A DNA stretch of 64,000 bases, from positions 160,766,001-160,830,000 of the forward strand of contig OX597817.1 in the NCBI GenBank assembly GCA_951406725.2. The letters are read 5' to 3'. Below, piece after piece: positions 26,049-39,972 of the stretch. Origin of the DNA: Octopus vulgaris (taxonomy: Eukaryota). The first letter of the stretch is position 1. Every line of letters starts with the position of its first letter. The translations under genes were made by a program, and so were the position numbers. The notes beneath the pieces were generated by a model. That model was not told the DNA's origin. It searched no databases and saw nothing but the letters and a program-made list of their open reading frames with translations.

Positions 26049-26680
26049 CTAGCAGTATCGCCCGGCGTTGCTCGGGTTGTAAGGGAAATAACTATATAAG
26101 CATTTTTAGAGAGTTATAGCCAAAAAATAGCAAAAAATGCATTAAAAATGGAAAAAATATGATGGTAAATTTTTTTAAAATCGTTGACTCATCGTAGACA
26201 TTTTTAGAGTTACTTCCCTTATATAATAGCGAAAAAATGCATTAAAATGGAAAAAAAACGATGGTAATTTTTTTTTAAATCGTAGACTCATGTAGACGCT
26301 TTCTTAGCCATTTCTGTTTTGGTGTATTCAAGCCATGAAGTCGTTGTTCTAAAAGAACACTGGTCTCCTTGACAACGCTTTACGACGTTGATTTCCTTAC
26401 ACTCCCTTCCCCACAGGTGCAGGTGTGAGCGTGGACGCCAACTCCGCCGCCATCGACACACGAAAAATTATGCATTAAAATGGAATAAAAAATGATGTTA
26501 AATTATTTTTAAAATCGTAGACTCATCGTAGACGCGCGCTAATACTCAGACGGGCTCGATATGAATCACGACTATAAGCTACCCGAATTTGGTTAAACTG
26601 TACCGCAAAATGTGGGAGTAGTTAGGAATCTAAATCGAAGGGGACAGACACTCACACAACTACAGTTTTATATATATAGA
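26049..26680 (-). mobile_element. Non-autonomous Helitron
   Basis: On the minus strand: 5' TC, a 3' hairpin CCCGAGCAACGCCGGG followed by CTAG, insertion between A and T with no TSD, and internal tandem subrepeats. Confidence 0.85.
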
Positions 26681-26699
26681 TATACATAGCGCAGTAGTG

Positions 26700-27060
26700 G
26701 TGAGATATGACAGCAAAGAAAAGCATACATTCACTCTCTGCATGCAATTAGACTCGGAAAGTTCGTGAGGAACCCATTGACCCAATTTGCTGACTTTTCC
26801 GATAGCACACAGGTGTCAATGAATGGTTGAATGACCAAATCCAAGCTTCTCTGCTAGTTCCTCAATAGTTACGATGATATTTTGTTCCACCAGGGTTTTC
26901 AGGATGTCCTTGTCGAGTTCTACAGATCTTTCAGGATGAGGCTCGTCTTCTAGGCTGTAGTTTATGGCTCGGGATTTCTGGAACCACCATTGACACTGCC
27001 TTACGCTTATTGTCCAATCCCCATATACTGCATTAATATTTCTTGTACTTTGCACACATT
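26700..27060 (-). mobile_element. Mariner (Mos1-like) transposase fragment
   Basis: INAVYGDWTISVRQCQWWFQK...SLEDEPHPERS...TIEELAEKLGFGHSTIH*HLCAIGKVSKLGQWVPHEL, containing the HTH region and the diagnostic WVPHEL motif. Confidence 0.9.
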
Positions 27061-27115
27061 TATATCCTGTTATTCTTTTATATGTTTCAGCCTTGAGGTT
27101 GTGGCCATGCTGGAT

Positions 27116-27116
<1 letters not shown>

Positions 27117-27146
<30 letters not shown>

Positions 27147-27342
27147 CTATCTGTCTGTCTGTCTGTATGTATATATGTATATGTATGTGTGTGAACAATA
27201 ATATTTTCAACAGATGTGTTGCAAATGTATCTGATTGTTCTCAAGCTTCAATACTGTGTGTGTGTGTATGTGTGTGTGTGTATGTATGTATGTATATGTA
27301 TGTATGTATGTATATGTATGTATGTATGTATGTGTGTATGTA

Positions 27343-27411
<69 letters not shown>

Positions 27412-27440
27412 ATGTATGTATGTATGTATGTATGTATGAG
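27117..27440. repeat. Compound (TG)n/(TATG)n microsatellite
   Basis: Direct inspection. Confidence 0.95.
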
Positions 27441-29342
27441 TGTATGTTTACTTTATTACTAATTACTCTCTTCCAAGAACATTTTCACTCACTCTTAGCT
27501 CTTAGCTTCCCATACATTTTACTCATGTATCTATCAGCATCATAGACAGAATACTTTCACTTTAGTCTTCCTCAAATCACTCTGTCGCTATTTACTTTCA
27601 TTTTATTCGTTGCCCACTGTGTGTGTGCGTTTGCGTGTGGTGTAAACCAGACTAAGAAAAGCATTTGACACACACACCAGAATGTGAGTTTTCTGTAAAT
27701 TTTGCTTAATTGGAGTTTAAATTTTAAAAACTGGACCTGGCATGACGCGATGCATTGTACTGTTAAAAATGCTAGGTAAATTGTAATTGAAGAAATCCTA
27801 TATTGTAGATTTGTATAACTCCCAAAGGGAGGCAGATAAAATCTGCCTTTTATAATAAGAGATATATATATATACGCATGTATGTGTACATGCACATGTG
27901 TATGTATTTGTAGAAATATAGATGTATGTATATGTAGGTATGTGTATTTGTGAGAGTGAGTTTGTATTTACCCTTGTTTTCACATGTGCTTACTGACTAT
28001 AAACAACAATAAAGGCAGTGTCCTTTTCTTGTAGTCAACTACAAAAAAGCTTGTCTAGGTTTCTTGATATATCTTGAAGTATTGCATGATCTTTGTAATC
28101 AAAGGACCATTCAAATGGTATCGTCTGTTTCCAGGTCACCACATAACCATGTCCAGGCTGTTTGTTCTTCCAAAGACAAAGAGATTATCTGATTATCTTG
28201 CTTGGAAATAGGTGAGGGTTGGCAACAGGAAGGGTATCCAGCCATAGAAATTCTGACTCAACAAATTCTGTCTGACCATGCAAGCATGGAAAAGTGGATG
28301 AGGTAATGATGGTGGTGGTGGCAGTGGTGGTGGTGGTGGTGGTAGTCATGATCGTAATGATGGTGGCAGGGATGATGATGGTGGTAGTAGTGGTGGTGAT
28401 GATGATAATGATGAATGAATGATTAGTCTTTGCTTGTACCATATTTCTGACAATAATGAGTGTTTAAGCATCTCTAGGTCATCTTCCAAATGCAGTTGGC
28501 AGAACATAAACAATTTGCATGATAAAAAAAAAAAAGTTTTTCCCAATGTAATGTCATAATGTAATAAGACATAAGATAAGAGGTGTCAGGCATATCAACC
28601 AGCCTGCATGGTTCAGTGCTGAACAAATGATTGGAGGGTGCTAGTGAACTTAGCAATTGGGTATTTTGCCTTTACTACATGTGTGTGTGTGTGTGCCTGT
28701 ATGGGCATATGTGTGTGTTTGTGTGAATAATGGGTGAGGAGGTAGTTATTGTAGTAAAGGATGCATTTGTAATTTGGAAATAGTAATTTGGAAATGTTCT
28801 TTAAAGGTAAACAGACAAAAAACAAAGAGGGTAAACTGTAATTTTTTTTTTATTTTATTTAGAATGTTTGGCCCTGCAGAAAATCATAAATGTCAATGTA
28901 CATCAAAGAGGTGGGAAAATAAATGTTGGAAATTTTTTTATGAAAAATAAAAAAATGCAAATGAACAGCAAATAAATAAATAAATAAATAAATAAAACAA
29001 GAAGCAAGCATTTGCAAAACAAAATTGTTATGGGTTAACCAATTTCATGGAATAATACAGGCTTCTAATCAAAACAGATTAGAGCCTAATAACACATAAT
29101 TATCTTTTTTGTCACAGAGAAGCCAATTTAACCCATGCCAGTGTGGAAAGCAAATGTAAAATGATGATGATGATGATGATAAGGACAAAACATGAGTCAC
29201 CATAGCAACTGGCGATTAACCCATTAATTACATTTAACAAAAGAAAAGAAAAAGAAAGAAAGAAAAAGAAACAGACAGAACAAGAAATTTCCCACCAAAC
29301 ATTCCATACATTACAGGTTCGTGACTGAAATCTACTAAAGTT

Positions 29343-29389
<47 letters not shown>

Positions 29390-29661
29390 AGTGTATTTCT
29401 GGAATACATTAGGATGTGTGGGTGTTTATCACTGGATATACTTTGGTGTATGTGTATGCGTTAGTGTTAAAATGTGTAGGTGTGCACATGTGTATGTGTA
29501 CACTACAGTATGTGTAGGGGTCATGTACTGCTGAGTGTTTTTGTATGCTCATATGTCACACAGTGAACATGTCACTCAGTCCATGTACCTCAGTGAATGT
29601 GTTGGGGTATTTGTGTATGCATGTGTTACCATAAATATATCAGTGTCCATGTATGTATATC

Positions 29662-30262
29662 CAGTAATCTCTCGCCATATCGTGGTTCACCTATTGCAGT
29701 TTATTATTTAAGCTTATGTCAATTCCTCAATAGTGTTGTCTTGCATTTATAATAAAACTAGCAGTATCGCCCGGCGTTGCTCAGGTTTGTAAGGGAAATA
29801 ACTATAAAGCATTTTTAGAGAGTTATAGCCAAAAAATAGCAAAAAAATGGAAAAAAATGATGGTAAATTTTTTTTTTAGTTAAAAAAGGTGGAGTTGCGT
29901 CTCCTAGACAGTTTGCGGTTTGTGTTTCTGATTCTCGACCCCATGTCGAATTTATCGATTTTTTTCAGAACTGGGGGACCTTTTCAAAATTTTCGCTGCG
30001 TTAGTTTTGAATTATGACATTGGGCTATGTGTGTGTCAAGTTTCATCAGAATCGGTTGAAAGCCGTGGTCAGGGTGAGGGTACAAGCAAACAGATACACA
30101 GAAACACGCACAGACAAACTGCCGTTTATATAGAGAGAGATAAATATATACAAATTACAAAAATAATTTTTAAAACCACACAGTTCAGTACTGTTTCTAC
30201 TTTGCGGATTTTCACCTATCGCAGGGGTTTTTGGAAAGTAACACTTGCAATAGGGAGTATGA
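29662..30262. mobile_element. Tigger/pogo-type MITE interrupted by the Helitron
   Basis: CAGTAATCTCTCGCCATATCG left end, repeated TTCACCTAT(T/C)GC motif, and a decayed right end. Confidence 0.5.
29758..30140 (-). mobile_element. Non-autonomous Helitron (same 3' end, different 5' half) inserted in a Tigger-like MITE
   Basis: The CTAGCAGTATCGCCCGGCGTTGCTC end is shared with 26049 and 53922. Terminal GA|T at 30140; the flanks rejoin as aataaaa|taaatat. Confidence 0.8.
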
Positions 30263-30279
30263 AAATGTGTCTCTGAGAG

Positions 30280-31560
30280 CATAGCAGTGAGAATGGATCA
30301 GAGTATGGATGTGCATATTTGAACACAGCTTAACATAATTAGAAACAAGCCAGTGTGTTGTCTTAAATATATCCCATGTAACTGTAATCAAGTCAGTGAA
30401 CAAGTTTGTGGACTACTGTGTAAATCAATTTCTGTGCTACACAGTAAAGAAGTTTTCGTGTTACTGTAACACATTGAATAAATTCATTTATCACAAAAGT
30501 CATGTGCAAATGTTACTTTGAATAAGTTTTTATATGGTTTTCGCAGTTAAGTTTAGACAAATAGTTTTCAGCAAGATGCATGAGGAATCAGTGAGATGTA
30601 ACTTTAGAACAAAGGAAAATACGATACGATGTAAATTAAAGATTGTCTCTGGCATTTCTTCCAAACAAGACTGGCTAAATATCCCCAAGCTCTTGTTAAC
30701 TTCTCACAAGACAAAGTTCATAAACCAGTTGTATTTTTCAAATGTAGCACGTTTACTTCTAATTACTAATGCCCTTGAAACAGGTGTGAATGTAATAATT
30801 TCTCACTCACTTAACCTAAAAGTCTTAAGCTTCGTGCCTTCACAAGTACACTACTGATTTTGCAGTAACTGATCATCAAGTAGCTCTTTTATTCTAGACA
30901 CAATTATATGGGACACTTAAATTTTCAGCAACCACTATTTATAACTCCTTTAACACCAAGCCTTTATGACACATATTTCTTCGTATCATGAAGTGCATTA
31001 TCTGTGTGTCCTTCATTCAAGACAGTAAAATGAATTTTGAGAGAAATTTGGATGCTTTTTTCCGACAGGTAAAACTTCCAAGTTTTCATTTCTTAGTTCT
31101 TACTGAAAGTGTTTTATTAATGACTGATGGTTCTCAGAGATTAATACTTCACACTCAGTTGTATGTTATAATCTTACAGCTGTCTCCTAAACGCATGTGT
31201 GGAATAACAATTGCTCTTCAGTTTATTTCAAACAGTTACAGTTCATAATAACCACATGCTATAGATTTTGATACTGTCACTGAGATGAATTTCACTAGAT
31301 CAGTCCTGAGTTCAATGGTTAGTGGTTAGATTTTGTCATTTGCATACATGTGCACACTTTAGTATAAATATTGATATTTTGTCGGTTGTCGATCAAGTAT
31401 TTCATTTGCATCTTGTCCAACAGACGATAATTGAATATACCCCGCTTGCTGTAATTCTATAATCAGCTTCATTTGGAATACCATATGAAAATGTTCCTAT
31501 CATTTATGTCTTGCGTAAGCGGCCTCATATTTGTACACCATGTCGTAGCCAGAATGCTTT
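30280..31560 (-). mobile_element. Highly decayed coding-like remnant, possibly a Mutator-like (MULE) transposase
   Basis: Broken minus-strand frames (TPVSRALVIRS...EVNKSLGIFSQSCLEEMPETIFNLH; KLCSNMHIH) loosely resemble MULE DDE and SWIM motifs. Confidence 0.3.
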
Positions 31561-32845
31561 CATTCATAAATATCCTGGATTATGGTCTACATCACATGAG
31601 GCAAGCCATAAGAAACTGATCGTTTGGACTTCACAGAATGGCAGCCTTGAGTTGTAAAAAAACTGATCATTTGGACATTACAAGATGGCAGTTAAATAAT
31701 TTTAAAAAACCATGTTTATAACTTATACTCTTTTAATTCATCATCATCGTTTAACGTCCGCTTTCCATGCTAGCATGGGTTGGGCGATTTGACTGGGTAC
31801 TGGTGAACCAGATGGCTGCGCCAGGTTCCAATCTGATCTGGCAGAGTTTTTACAGCTGGATGCCCTTCCTAACGCCAACCACTCCGAGAGTGTAGTGGGT
31901 GCTTATACGTGCCACCTGCACGAGGGCCAGTCTGGCGGTACTGACAACGGCCATGCTCAAAATGGTGTTTCTTACATGCCACCTGCACAGGAGTCAGTCC
32001 AGTGGCACTGGCAACGACCTCGAATGTTTTGCTCACGTGCCAGTAAGGCGACGTTGGTAACAATCACACTCAGATGGTGCTTTTTATGTGCCCACCAGTA
32101 CGGAAGCCAGACAGCTGCTCTGGCAGTGATCCTGCTCGAATGGATCTGTTAGCGCTCCACTGGCATGGGTGCCAGTCATCGAATTTGGTTTAATTTCGAT
32201 TGTTAGTCATTAAACTGTGACCATGCTGGAGTACCATGCTGAAAGATTTTAGTCAATTATATCGACCCCCCTCACACATACACACATAAGCACATAAATA
32301 TAACAGGCTTCTGCACAGTTTCTATATAGGAATTTCACACAGCAATGGCTAGCCTGAAGCAATTAGAAGGTACAGCATTTACCTAAAGTGTCACATAGTG
32401 GAACTAAATCTAAAATCGTAAGGTTGTGAAGCAAACTTCATAACCACACAGCCATGGTTCCATAAAAATAGCCTTGTGACAAAATAAAAAGAAAGCATCA
32501 TTGTTTTAATGTCCAATTTTTCCTTTTCAAAGAGTTTGGACAATATTTGTCCAAACTTTCTACAGCCAGCTGCCCTTTCTTGTCACCAACCCTCACCTGT
32601 TTCTAAGTAACAAGATATTTCCCCTTGTCATTCAAGCATGAACAGCACAATGGCCAGACATTTTCTTATGAAAGACTGCAGACAAATCACTCTGTGACAT
32701 TTGTTGACAACAGTCAAGCAATATCCAGACAAAGAGACAAATAGCTATGCATGTGCATGCACACATACACATATATATATATACATGCACATATACACAC
32801 ACACACACACACATATATGCATACATATGCACACATATATATATA

Positions 32846-33071
32846 TATTTCTTTACTACCCACAAGGGGCTAAACACAGAGGGGAAAAACGAGGACAGAC
32901 AAACGGATTAAGTCGATTATATTGACCCCAGTGCGTAACTGGTACTTAATTTATCGACCCCGAAAGGATGAAAGGCAAAGTCGACCACGGTGGAATTTGA
33001 ACCCAGAACGTAATGGCAGACGAAATACAGCTACGCATTTTGCCCGGTGTGCTAACGTTTCTGCCAGCTCG
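32846..33071 (-). mobile_element. SINE family C; further copies at about 56678-56848(-), 51640-51815(-), 51870-51970(-) and 38124-38226(+)
   Basis: tcgaccccgaaaggatgaaaggcaaagtcgac...ggaatttgaac consensus. Confidence 0.85.
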
Positions 33072-35254
33072 TACACTCATATACAAACACATATGCACAA
33101 ATATACCTACACATATATACATAAAACCTTATGGAGGGGAAGACAAAGTACTGAGATGATGTGCTGTACTCGAGAAGACTACATCTCAACAAAACTAAGT
33201 TTCTGGAAACACAATGTACTGGCACTCAAGTGGGCCCCTTGCTCTATGTTCTTCTCAAGCTGTTCCCACTATACATCTTCTCAATTATTGACCCTTCCAT
33301 CACCTGTCAATCTGCAGTTTTCTATTACTGTAATTAATGTGAACAAACTGTGTATTTCATATTCTTTTTGTCTGATATCAGTTACTTTTCTCACTATCCA
33401 GAACCATTTCATTTGATATCCATCTTTCATTTTTTAACACTGTCCATCTCCCTGTATATTTCACATTGATCACCCTTTTGTGCCACCAAATAATTTCTTC
33501 CCTACCACCACACAGCTCTCACTCCCCTCATGCACTATATTTGCCTCTCCCCTCACACTCTTGCAACCTATCCACCCAAACATTATCACTATCTCTCATC
33601 CTACCCCTGTCTACTATATAATTATTACTGTCACACTGCTCTTCACTCCTTTCTGTACTGTCAGTGATCACTTACCCTTCCCTGTCTCCCCCACCCCGTG
33701 TACATTTATCATCCCTCAACATTAGTTCTTCATTCATTATATTCACCCCCTCACTATTTCTAACCATTCATGCAACTTCTACCAATCTAAATTTCTTGTT
33801 CTTCTGTTTCTGCTCTCTTCTACTCATTTCATGTCTTGACACCTCACCATCACTATTTTATTTCTTTTTCCAACTCCACCCAAATTACTCCCACTCTCTC
33901 CTCTATAATATGAGAAGCCTTGAAGTTTCTCTACAGTAAGGAACCTGTTCTGTCCTGGCCCTTGTTTTCATACTCATGTCATCTTTTAGAATAGAACCAC
34001 ATCCATCTCTACCTACAGACCCACTCATCCAAAGAGGATCTTAGTTTTGCAAGCTGTAAGGTGAGATTACACATGCTGGTGCCATGTAAAAAGCATTCAG
34101 TATACTCTGTAAAGAGGTTGGCATTCGGAAAGGCATCCAACTGTAGAAGACATCAAAGCAGTCACTGGAGCATGATACAGTTCTTGGATCCTATCAAACC
34201 ATCTGACTTATACCAGCATGGAAGACAGACATTAACAGGCAATGATGACACACACACATGCATAGTTATACTTTAACATATACATACATAAGTATAGACA
34301 GATACAAATACACTTGCATACACACATACAGATATATATGCAAATACACAACATATATACATGACAAGCTTTTCCCATGTTATAGCTATGGAATCCACTT
34401 ACATGGCTTTGGCTGATGCAAGGTTATAGTAGAAGGTACTTTCCCAAAGTGTGTATCACAGTGGGACAGAATCTGAAACTATATGGTTGGGCAAGCAAGC
34501 TTCAATAATTTTACTCTAAAAAAAATTTTTTTTTCAATTGATTTTGTGCTGCAAATATACAGATGTATGTAGATATATGTTTTTCATGCTTCAGTTGATT
34601 AAACATATTTGTGGTATTAGATCAACCATCCATGACAACTATAATCTGAAGTGTACTAGAATAATGTTATATGCCTTCTCATTGATGGTAATAATTTTTT
34701 TCTCTCTGATTATTTCATTTTGGTAAATCTAATTTCACCTGGGCACATGTAAAAAAGAGAACTAAAATACCAGATATTTGTGGAAATGTCTTTTTTACCT
34801 TTAATTATTTGTTCATGTATTTATTTTTACTGTGTTTCAATCAGTTTAGATTTATTGATTAGCTTGTGTTGTTTGCCTAGTAAATAGCTTGACATTATTT
34901 TGGCTTATTTTCTGACTGATCTCCAAATTAGATGAAAGAAATTAGTGGGTTTTGGGCAACTAGTATGAATTATCCAACAAAATATGGTCATCAGTTTATA
35001 CTGAATTAATTCCTTAGTATCCATTGATATTGGTCAAGTAATTAACAGCAGCCTAATTAAATCATTTTGCTAGAGAATCCATTTGGGTAGAACTATAAAG
35101 TGCCATGAAGAAACTATGACCTCTTATAACTCACCAGTTTTTATAGGAATCTAGCACTTTTGGTATCTCTGTAGAGTGTTTTAAAGACGATTTTGTTGTG
35201 ATAGGTGAAACAAATGTTAGTGCACAAAAATATCATTTTTTATTGATATCATAC

Positions 35255-35645
35255 AATAAGAAGCTTGCTTCCCAGCCACTTGATTTTGGATCCGGTCCCA
35301 CTGTGTGGCACCTTGGGCAAGTGCCTTCTACCATAGCCTTGGGCCAGCCAAAGTCTTGTGAGTGGATTTGGTATACGGAAACTGAAAAAAATCCTGTTTA
35401 TAAATGCAAATGTGAGTGTGTGTGTATCTTGTTTATTCCCCACCACCTCTTGAAAACTGGTGTTGGTGTGTTTACATCCTCATAACTTAGTAGTTTGGCA
35501 AAAAGAGACTGCGAGAATAAGTACCAGACTTGAAAAACAAAACAAGCACTGAAGTCAATTCATTCAACTAAAAATTCTTCAAAACAGTGCTCCAGCATGA
35601 CCACAGTCCAATGACTTCAGCAAGTAAAAAGGTAAAAGATAAAAG
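35255..35645 (+). mobile_element. SINE family A (older copy); further partial copies at about 32200-32460(-), 34360-34500(-), 37095-37318(+), 43670-43805(+) and 57296-57536(-)
   Basis: Shared ggcaccttgggcaagtg, gtgagtggatttggta and gctccagcatg blocks. Confidence 0.8.
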
Positions 35646-36122
35646 AACAACAATGATTTTTAAGTCTAGATTTCTTTCTTCAAATCTACTACATTATAAA
35701 TCAAATGAAGCTATTTTACTATGAGAAAGACATGGGACAAAGTGGTAAGAAAGGATCTTCAGATATTGGGCCTCACAGAGGGGATGGCAAGGGACTGAGT
35801 CTTCAGGTAGTTTGCTGTGCTTGAGAAGAAACATCAAGCTAAGTAAAATCATGGTTGTCCTTGCAAAGAGGTATGTTCCCTACATCCTTCTTCAGTTGAA
35901 CGATCCAAATTTTGTGGGCTCATGGATACTGGTGCCATGTAAAAAGTTCCCATGCTGGTGCCACATAAAAGCACCCATGTCAGCACGGCAAAAAAAAGTC
36001 ACCCTGTACACTCTGTGAAGTGATTGGCACTAGAAAAGGTATTCCCTGTAAGAAACCATGCCAAAGCAGACATGAAACCTGAGCAGCTCTTCAGCTCCTG
36101 ACAAACTGTCAAGTTCATACCT

Positions 36123-36353
36123 ATTTCTTTACTACCCACAAGGGGTTAAACACAGAGAGGACAAACAAGAACAGACAAATGGATTAAGTCGATTATATCG
36201 ACCCCCAGTGCGTAACTGATACTTATTTAATCGACCCCGAAAGGATGAAAGGCAAAGTCGACCTCGGCGGAATTTGAACTCAGAACGTAACGGCAAACGA
36301 AATACGGCTACGCATTTTGCCCAGCGTGCTAATGTTTCTGCCAGCTTGCCGCC
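36123..36353 (-). mobile_element. tRNA-derived SINE family C (Nin/Deu-like GCCTTTCATCCTTTCGGGGTCGAT domain) nested in a family-B copy
   Basis: Minus-strand head GGCGGCAAGCTGGCAGAAAC and B box GAGTTCAAATTCC. The repeat caagttcatacc on both flanks acts as a TSD. Confidence 0.85.
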
Positions 36354-38633
36354 AAGTTCATACCAGCATGGAAAACAGACGTTGAATGATGGTGATGATG
36401 ATGATGATGACTCTCAAGATAATTACCTTTAAATTTTTATAAAAATTGTTCATACTAATACAAGTTTGATGGTTTTATAAATCAGATTTTTTTTAGGGTA
36501 GTCCCATTATAATATTAACTATTTAACGATAAATCAGAAAAGAGATACATTTTTTAGTCAGATCAGTTAAGTCGAAATGCATCTAACTTTAGTATATAGA
36601 ACTGTAAAAAAAATTTTATTCTATGACATTTTGACCAATAAATCTGCAACTTAATAATTTTGCTCTCTTTCATTAGAATTATGCCCAATACATTAAAAAT
36701 ACTTGAAAGATAGATATATAGAAAGAAAGAAAGAAGGATAGAGAGACAGAAAGGTAGATAGAGATTTGTAACTCTTTTCTTTCTATACAAATTTATCAAT
36801 GATTCTTTGTCACTAACCTACTAATTCTTTAGTACAACGGCACTAGTACACAATACATAGAAGTCAATAATTCAATTAATATTGATGGATTTTTGTAACA
36901 TGCAGTAAAAAAAAAAAATCAGCCAACACAGTCTTATAAAAATAACTTTATATAGCAGTTACTTCATGGACACCTGGAATATATATATAGATTCAGATGA
37001 ATATGGTACTTAAGTTGAGGCACCAGAATTTAGCAAGGTATTATCCATACAATTTCAAAATAAGGTGGATATCCTTGTATATATGTTTATGTATATATAT
37101 GTGTGTGTTTGTTTGTCTGTGTTTGTCCCCCCCCCAACATCGCTTGACAACCAATGCTGGTGTGTTTACGTCCCCGTAACTTAGCAGTGCAGCAAAAGTG
37201 ACTGATAGAATAAGTACTAGGCTTACAAAGAATAAGTCCTGAGGTCGATTTGCTCTACTAAAGGTGGTGCTCCAGCATTGCTGCAGTCAAATGACTGAAA
37301 CAAGTAAAAGAGTAAAGTATATATATATATATATATATGCGCGGGTGTGTATACATGCGTGAATTGATTTTAAGGCTTCTGGTCACAAAAGGATAGATAT
37401 ATATACATTCATTCTTATTGTGTTTCTTTATAATTGTTTCACACAAAACAAAACATAAGGCAAAAGGAACAGATAAGTGATCCTAATTTCAAACTGAATT
37501 TTTTATCAGTAATAAAGTCTGAAATCTTAAAAGGAAGGCCTATATGATAGCTTAAACAAAAATTTCAAACATTATTTAAAGAGTCACTCTCATTTGGGTT
37601 ACAAAGTACTTGTTTTATTTAAGGGTGACTCTATCATATAAAGCATTGTGTTTATATACAAACCCATATCATTCAACTACAGTAGTGGTTGAATATATTC
37701 TTAAGTCCACTATTTCATTCATTGCAGCAGCTTCCAAGTTTCCCCACTAATTCAGTTCTCAAATAAATTGCAAACTGTTAATAGTTTTAAAGAGGACACC
37801 TCCTCAGCTATAGTTTGGCATAAATAGTTTGAGATTTGGTTCAGTAGAAAAAATGTTACATCAAAATATCTGTAACCTCAAGGGTGGTGAGGCAGTAAGG
37901 CACCTATTAACCTTCAATTAACATAAACTTTTTAATTTTAAATTAAAAGTATACCTTTCTTAGGCTTAAATGATACAAAAAATTCATGAGGAATTCAGAA
38001 TCACTTGTAGAAAAAGAGTTGAGGTAAAATGTTACAAAATTTCCTGTCAGTAAGAGAGTAAGGGAGTAACACTTCAGTTATAACAATAAAGAATATATTT
38101 CTAAAATCAATGTTTACTTTAGAAGGCAGCGAGCTCGCAGAAACATTAGCGTGCCGGGTGAAATGCTTAACTGTATTTCATCTGTCGTTACATTTTTGAG
38201 TTCAAATTTTGTTGAGGTCAACTTTGACAAACAGGTTATTTCATTAATTTTTTTAAACAAAAAACACTTTCAAACTTCCAATACCAGTAAAATGTGTCAC
38301 ATAGAACAGGATTTACTCTTAACATTTTTGAAAAAATTTCATATTTTAGAAGAGGTATTTTGTCTGTCTTTATGTTCTGAGTTCAAATTCCATCGAGGTT
38401 GACTTTGTCTTTCATCCATTTCAGATCTATTCAATTAGACGCACAGATTATTTAATTAATTTTTTTTAACTAAACACTTTCAACCTTCTGATGCTGATAG
38501 AATGTATCATATAGAACAGGGTTTACTCTTAACGTTTTGGACAAAATTTTATATTTTGGAAGTTATTTCGTCAGAAGTTACAGAGTGACAATAGACAAAT
38601 TATCTTATATCAGCAATGCCTGGAAAAATCATG

Positions 38634-39155
38634 GATTACATGGAAAAATGCAAGCATGAAAAAGTAATATTCTTAAGATTATAAAGCTGGAAAGCACAAG
38701 AAAAGTTAATACACCTGTAAAAGTATAGGACAAACTATTACTTCAAGTAAAGTAAAGAATAAGAAACATTTTACTTAAAATATTGCAGCTAAAATTAAAA
38801 TTTTAATATTAAAAATTATTTTATTATAGTTTACAAATAACCCTATACTTATTTAAGTAGAATTTGGCTAATTTACTACCTTAAATACAGAAAAAAGTGA
38901 CTAATTATACAAACTTACAAATTAGTTGAACAATTTTGTACAATAAATTTAAAAGATGAGAACTGTAAAGCGCGATAAATTAGAAGAACTGGCATTCTTT
39001 GCTGCAATAGTTTAAGTAAAAAGTTTCTTATTCTTTACTTTACTAGAAGTAATAGCTTGTCCTATACTTTTACAGGTGTAATAACTTGACCCGTACTTTT
39101 CCAGGTTTATAATCTTAAGAATATTACTTTTCATGCTTGCATTTTCCCATATAAT
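38634..39155. mobile_element. Fold-back/MITE-like element with about 155-bp imperfect terminal inverted repeats
   Basis: atggaaaaatgcaagcatgaaaaagtaatattcttaagattataa...attgcagc is mirrored at 39001-39155 around an AT-rich 210-nt spacer. Confidence 0.8.
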
Positions 39156-39649
39156 GTAATACATCTGCAAATGCAAAAACAGAGATAACAAAATATTTGT
39201 GGCATCAAGACATCAGAAACTTTTATTTTTAATATCATATAATACAGCAAAGTATCAATGATTGATTTAATGTAGGTGTATGGTTAGAGAAAGTGATGAA
39301 AATATTTTAGATAGGAAGGAAGTCAGTTTGTATAATCAATAATATTAATTTCATAGATAGACTCACAGCCAATTTTTGTAGAGAAAGAGCACAGTCGATT
39401 GAGTTGCTCAAAATGTATTAATAACATATGAACTTATTATAATAGCTCCAGAAAGATAACAGGTAATATCAAAATCAACCTGTGAAATAATCAGGCTAGT
39501 ACTCTTGTTTTTACCCTCTCTCCAGTATTTTGGTATCCCATTTATATCGATTGATACAAAAAGAAAATATACCTGTTAGCTGTTTTGTTGTCTTATATGG
39601 CATATACTTTTCTAATACCCTGCTCCCCAAATAGCTCAATAAGAATAAC

Positions 39650-39972
39650 TGACTGTGACATTCATCCTTCATATCTTTGAAGATGCCTAGATTAGCAGCT
39701 TTACTCTTTGTGGGTTTTGACGTGGGTTTTATTAGGCCAATATTGACATAAAATCCATGGATACAGTGAGGGCATAGGATTGCAGAATCAGGACCAGATA
39801 GGACTTTTGCTTTTCATGTAGCCCTCCTGTCTTTGGGTTCTGTAATCATTTCTGATTCTGAGTGCCATATTCCAGAATACACAACACTATGCCATAGTGA
39901 GCAATCTTGAGCAAGATGTTCCCAAGTAGACTGTTCTAAGTTACACGTTTTCAAGGTCGTCTTGAGCATGAC
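39650..39972 (-). mobile_element. RTE-clade LINE 3' end
   Basis: LKTTLKTCNLEQSTWEHLAQDCSLWHS...CPHCIHGFYVNIGLI matches the RTE ORF C-terminus (WE.LA.DR..WR plus terminal C2H2 finger). Confidence 0.75.

Noticed and set aside
33200-33960. Pyrimidine-rich block with several overlapping ORFs
   Set aside because: Low-complexity C/T skew suppresses stop codons. There are no motifs or supported splice structure.
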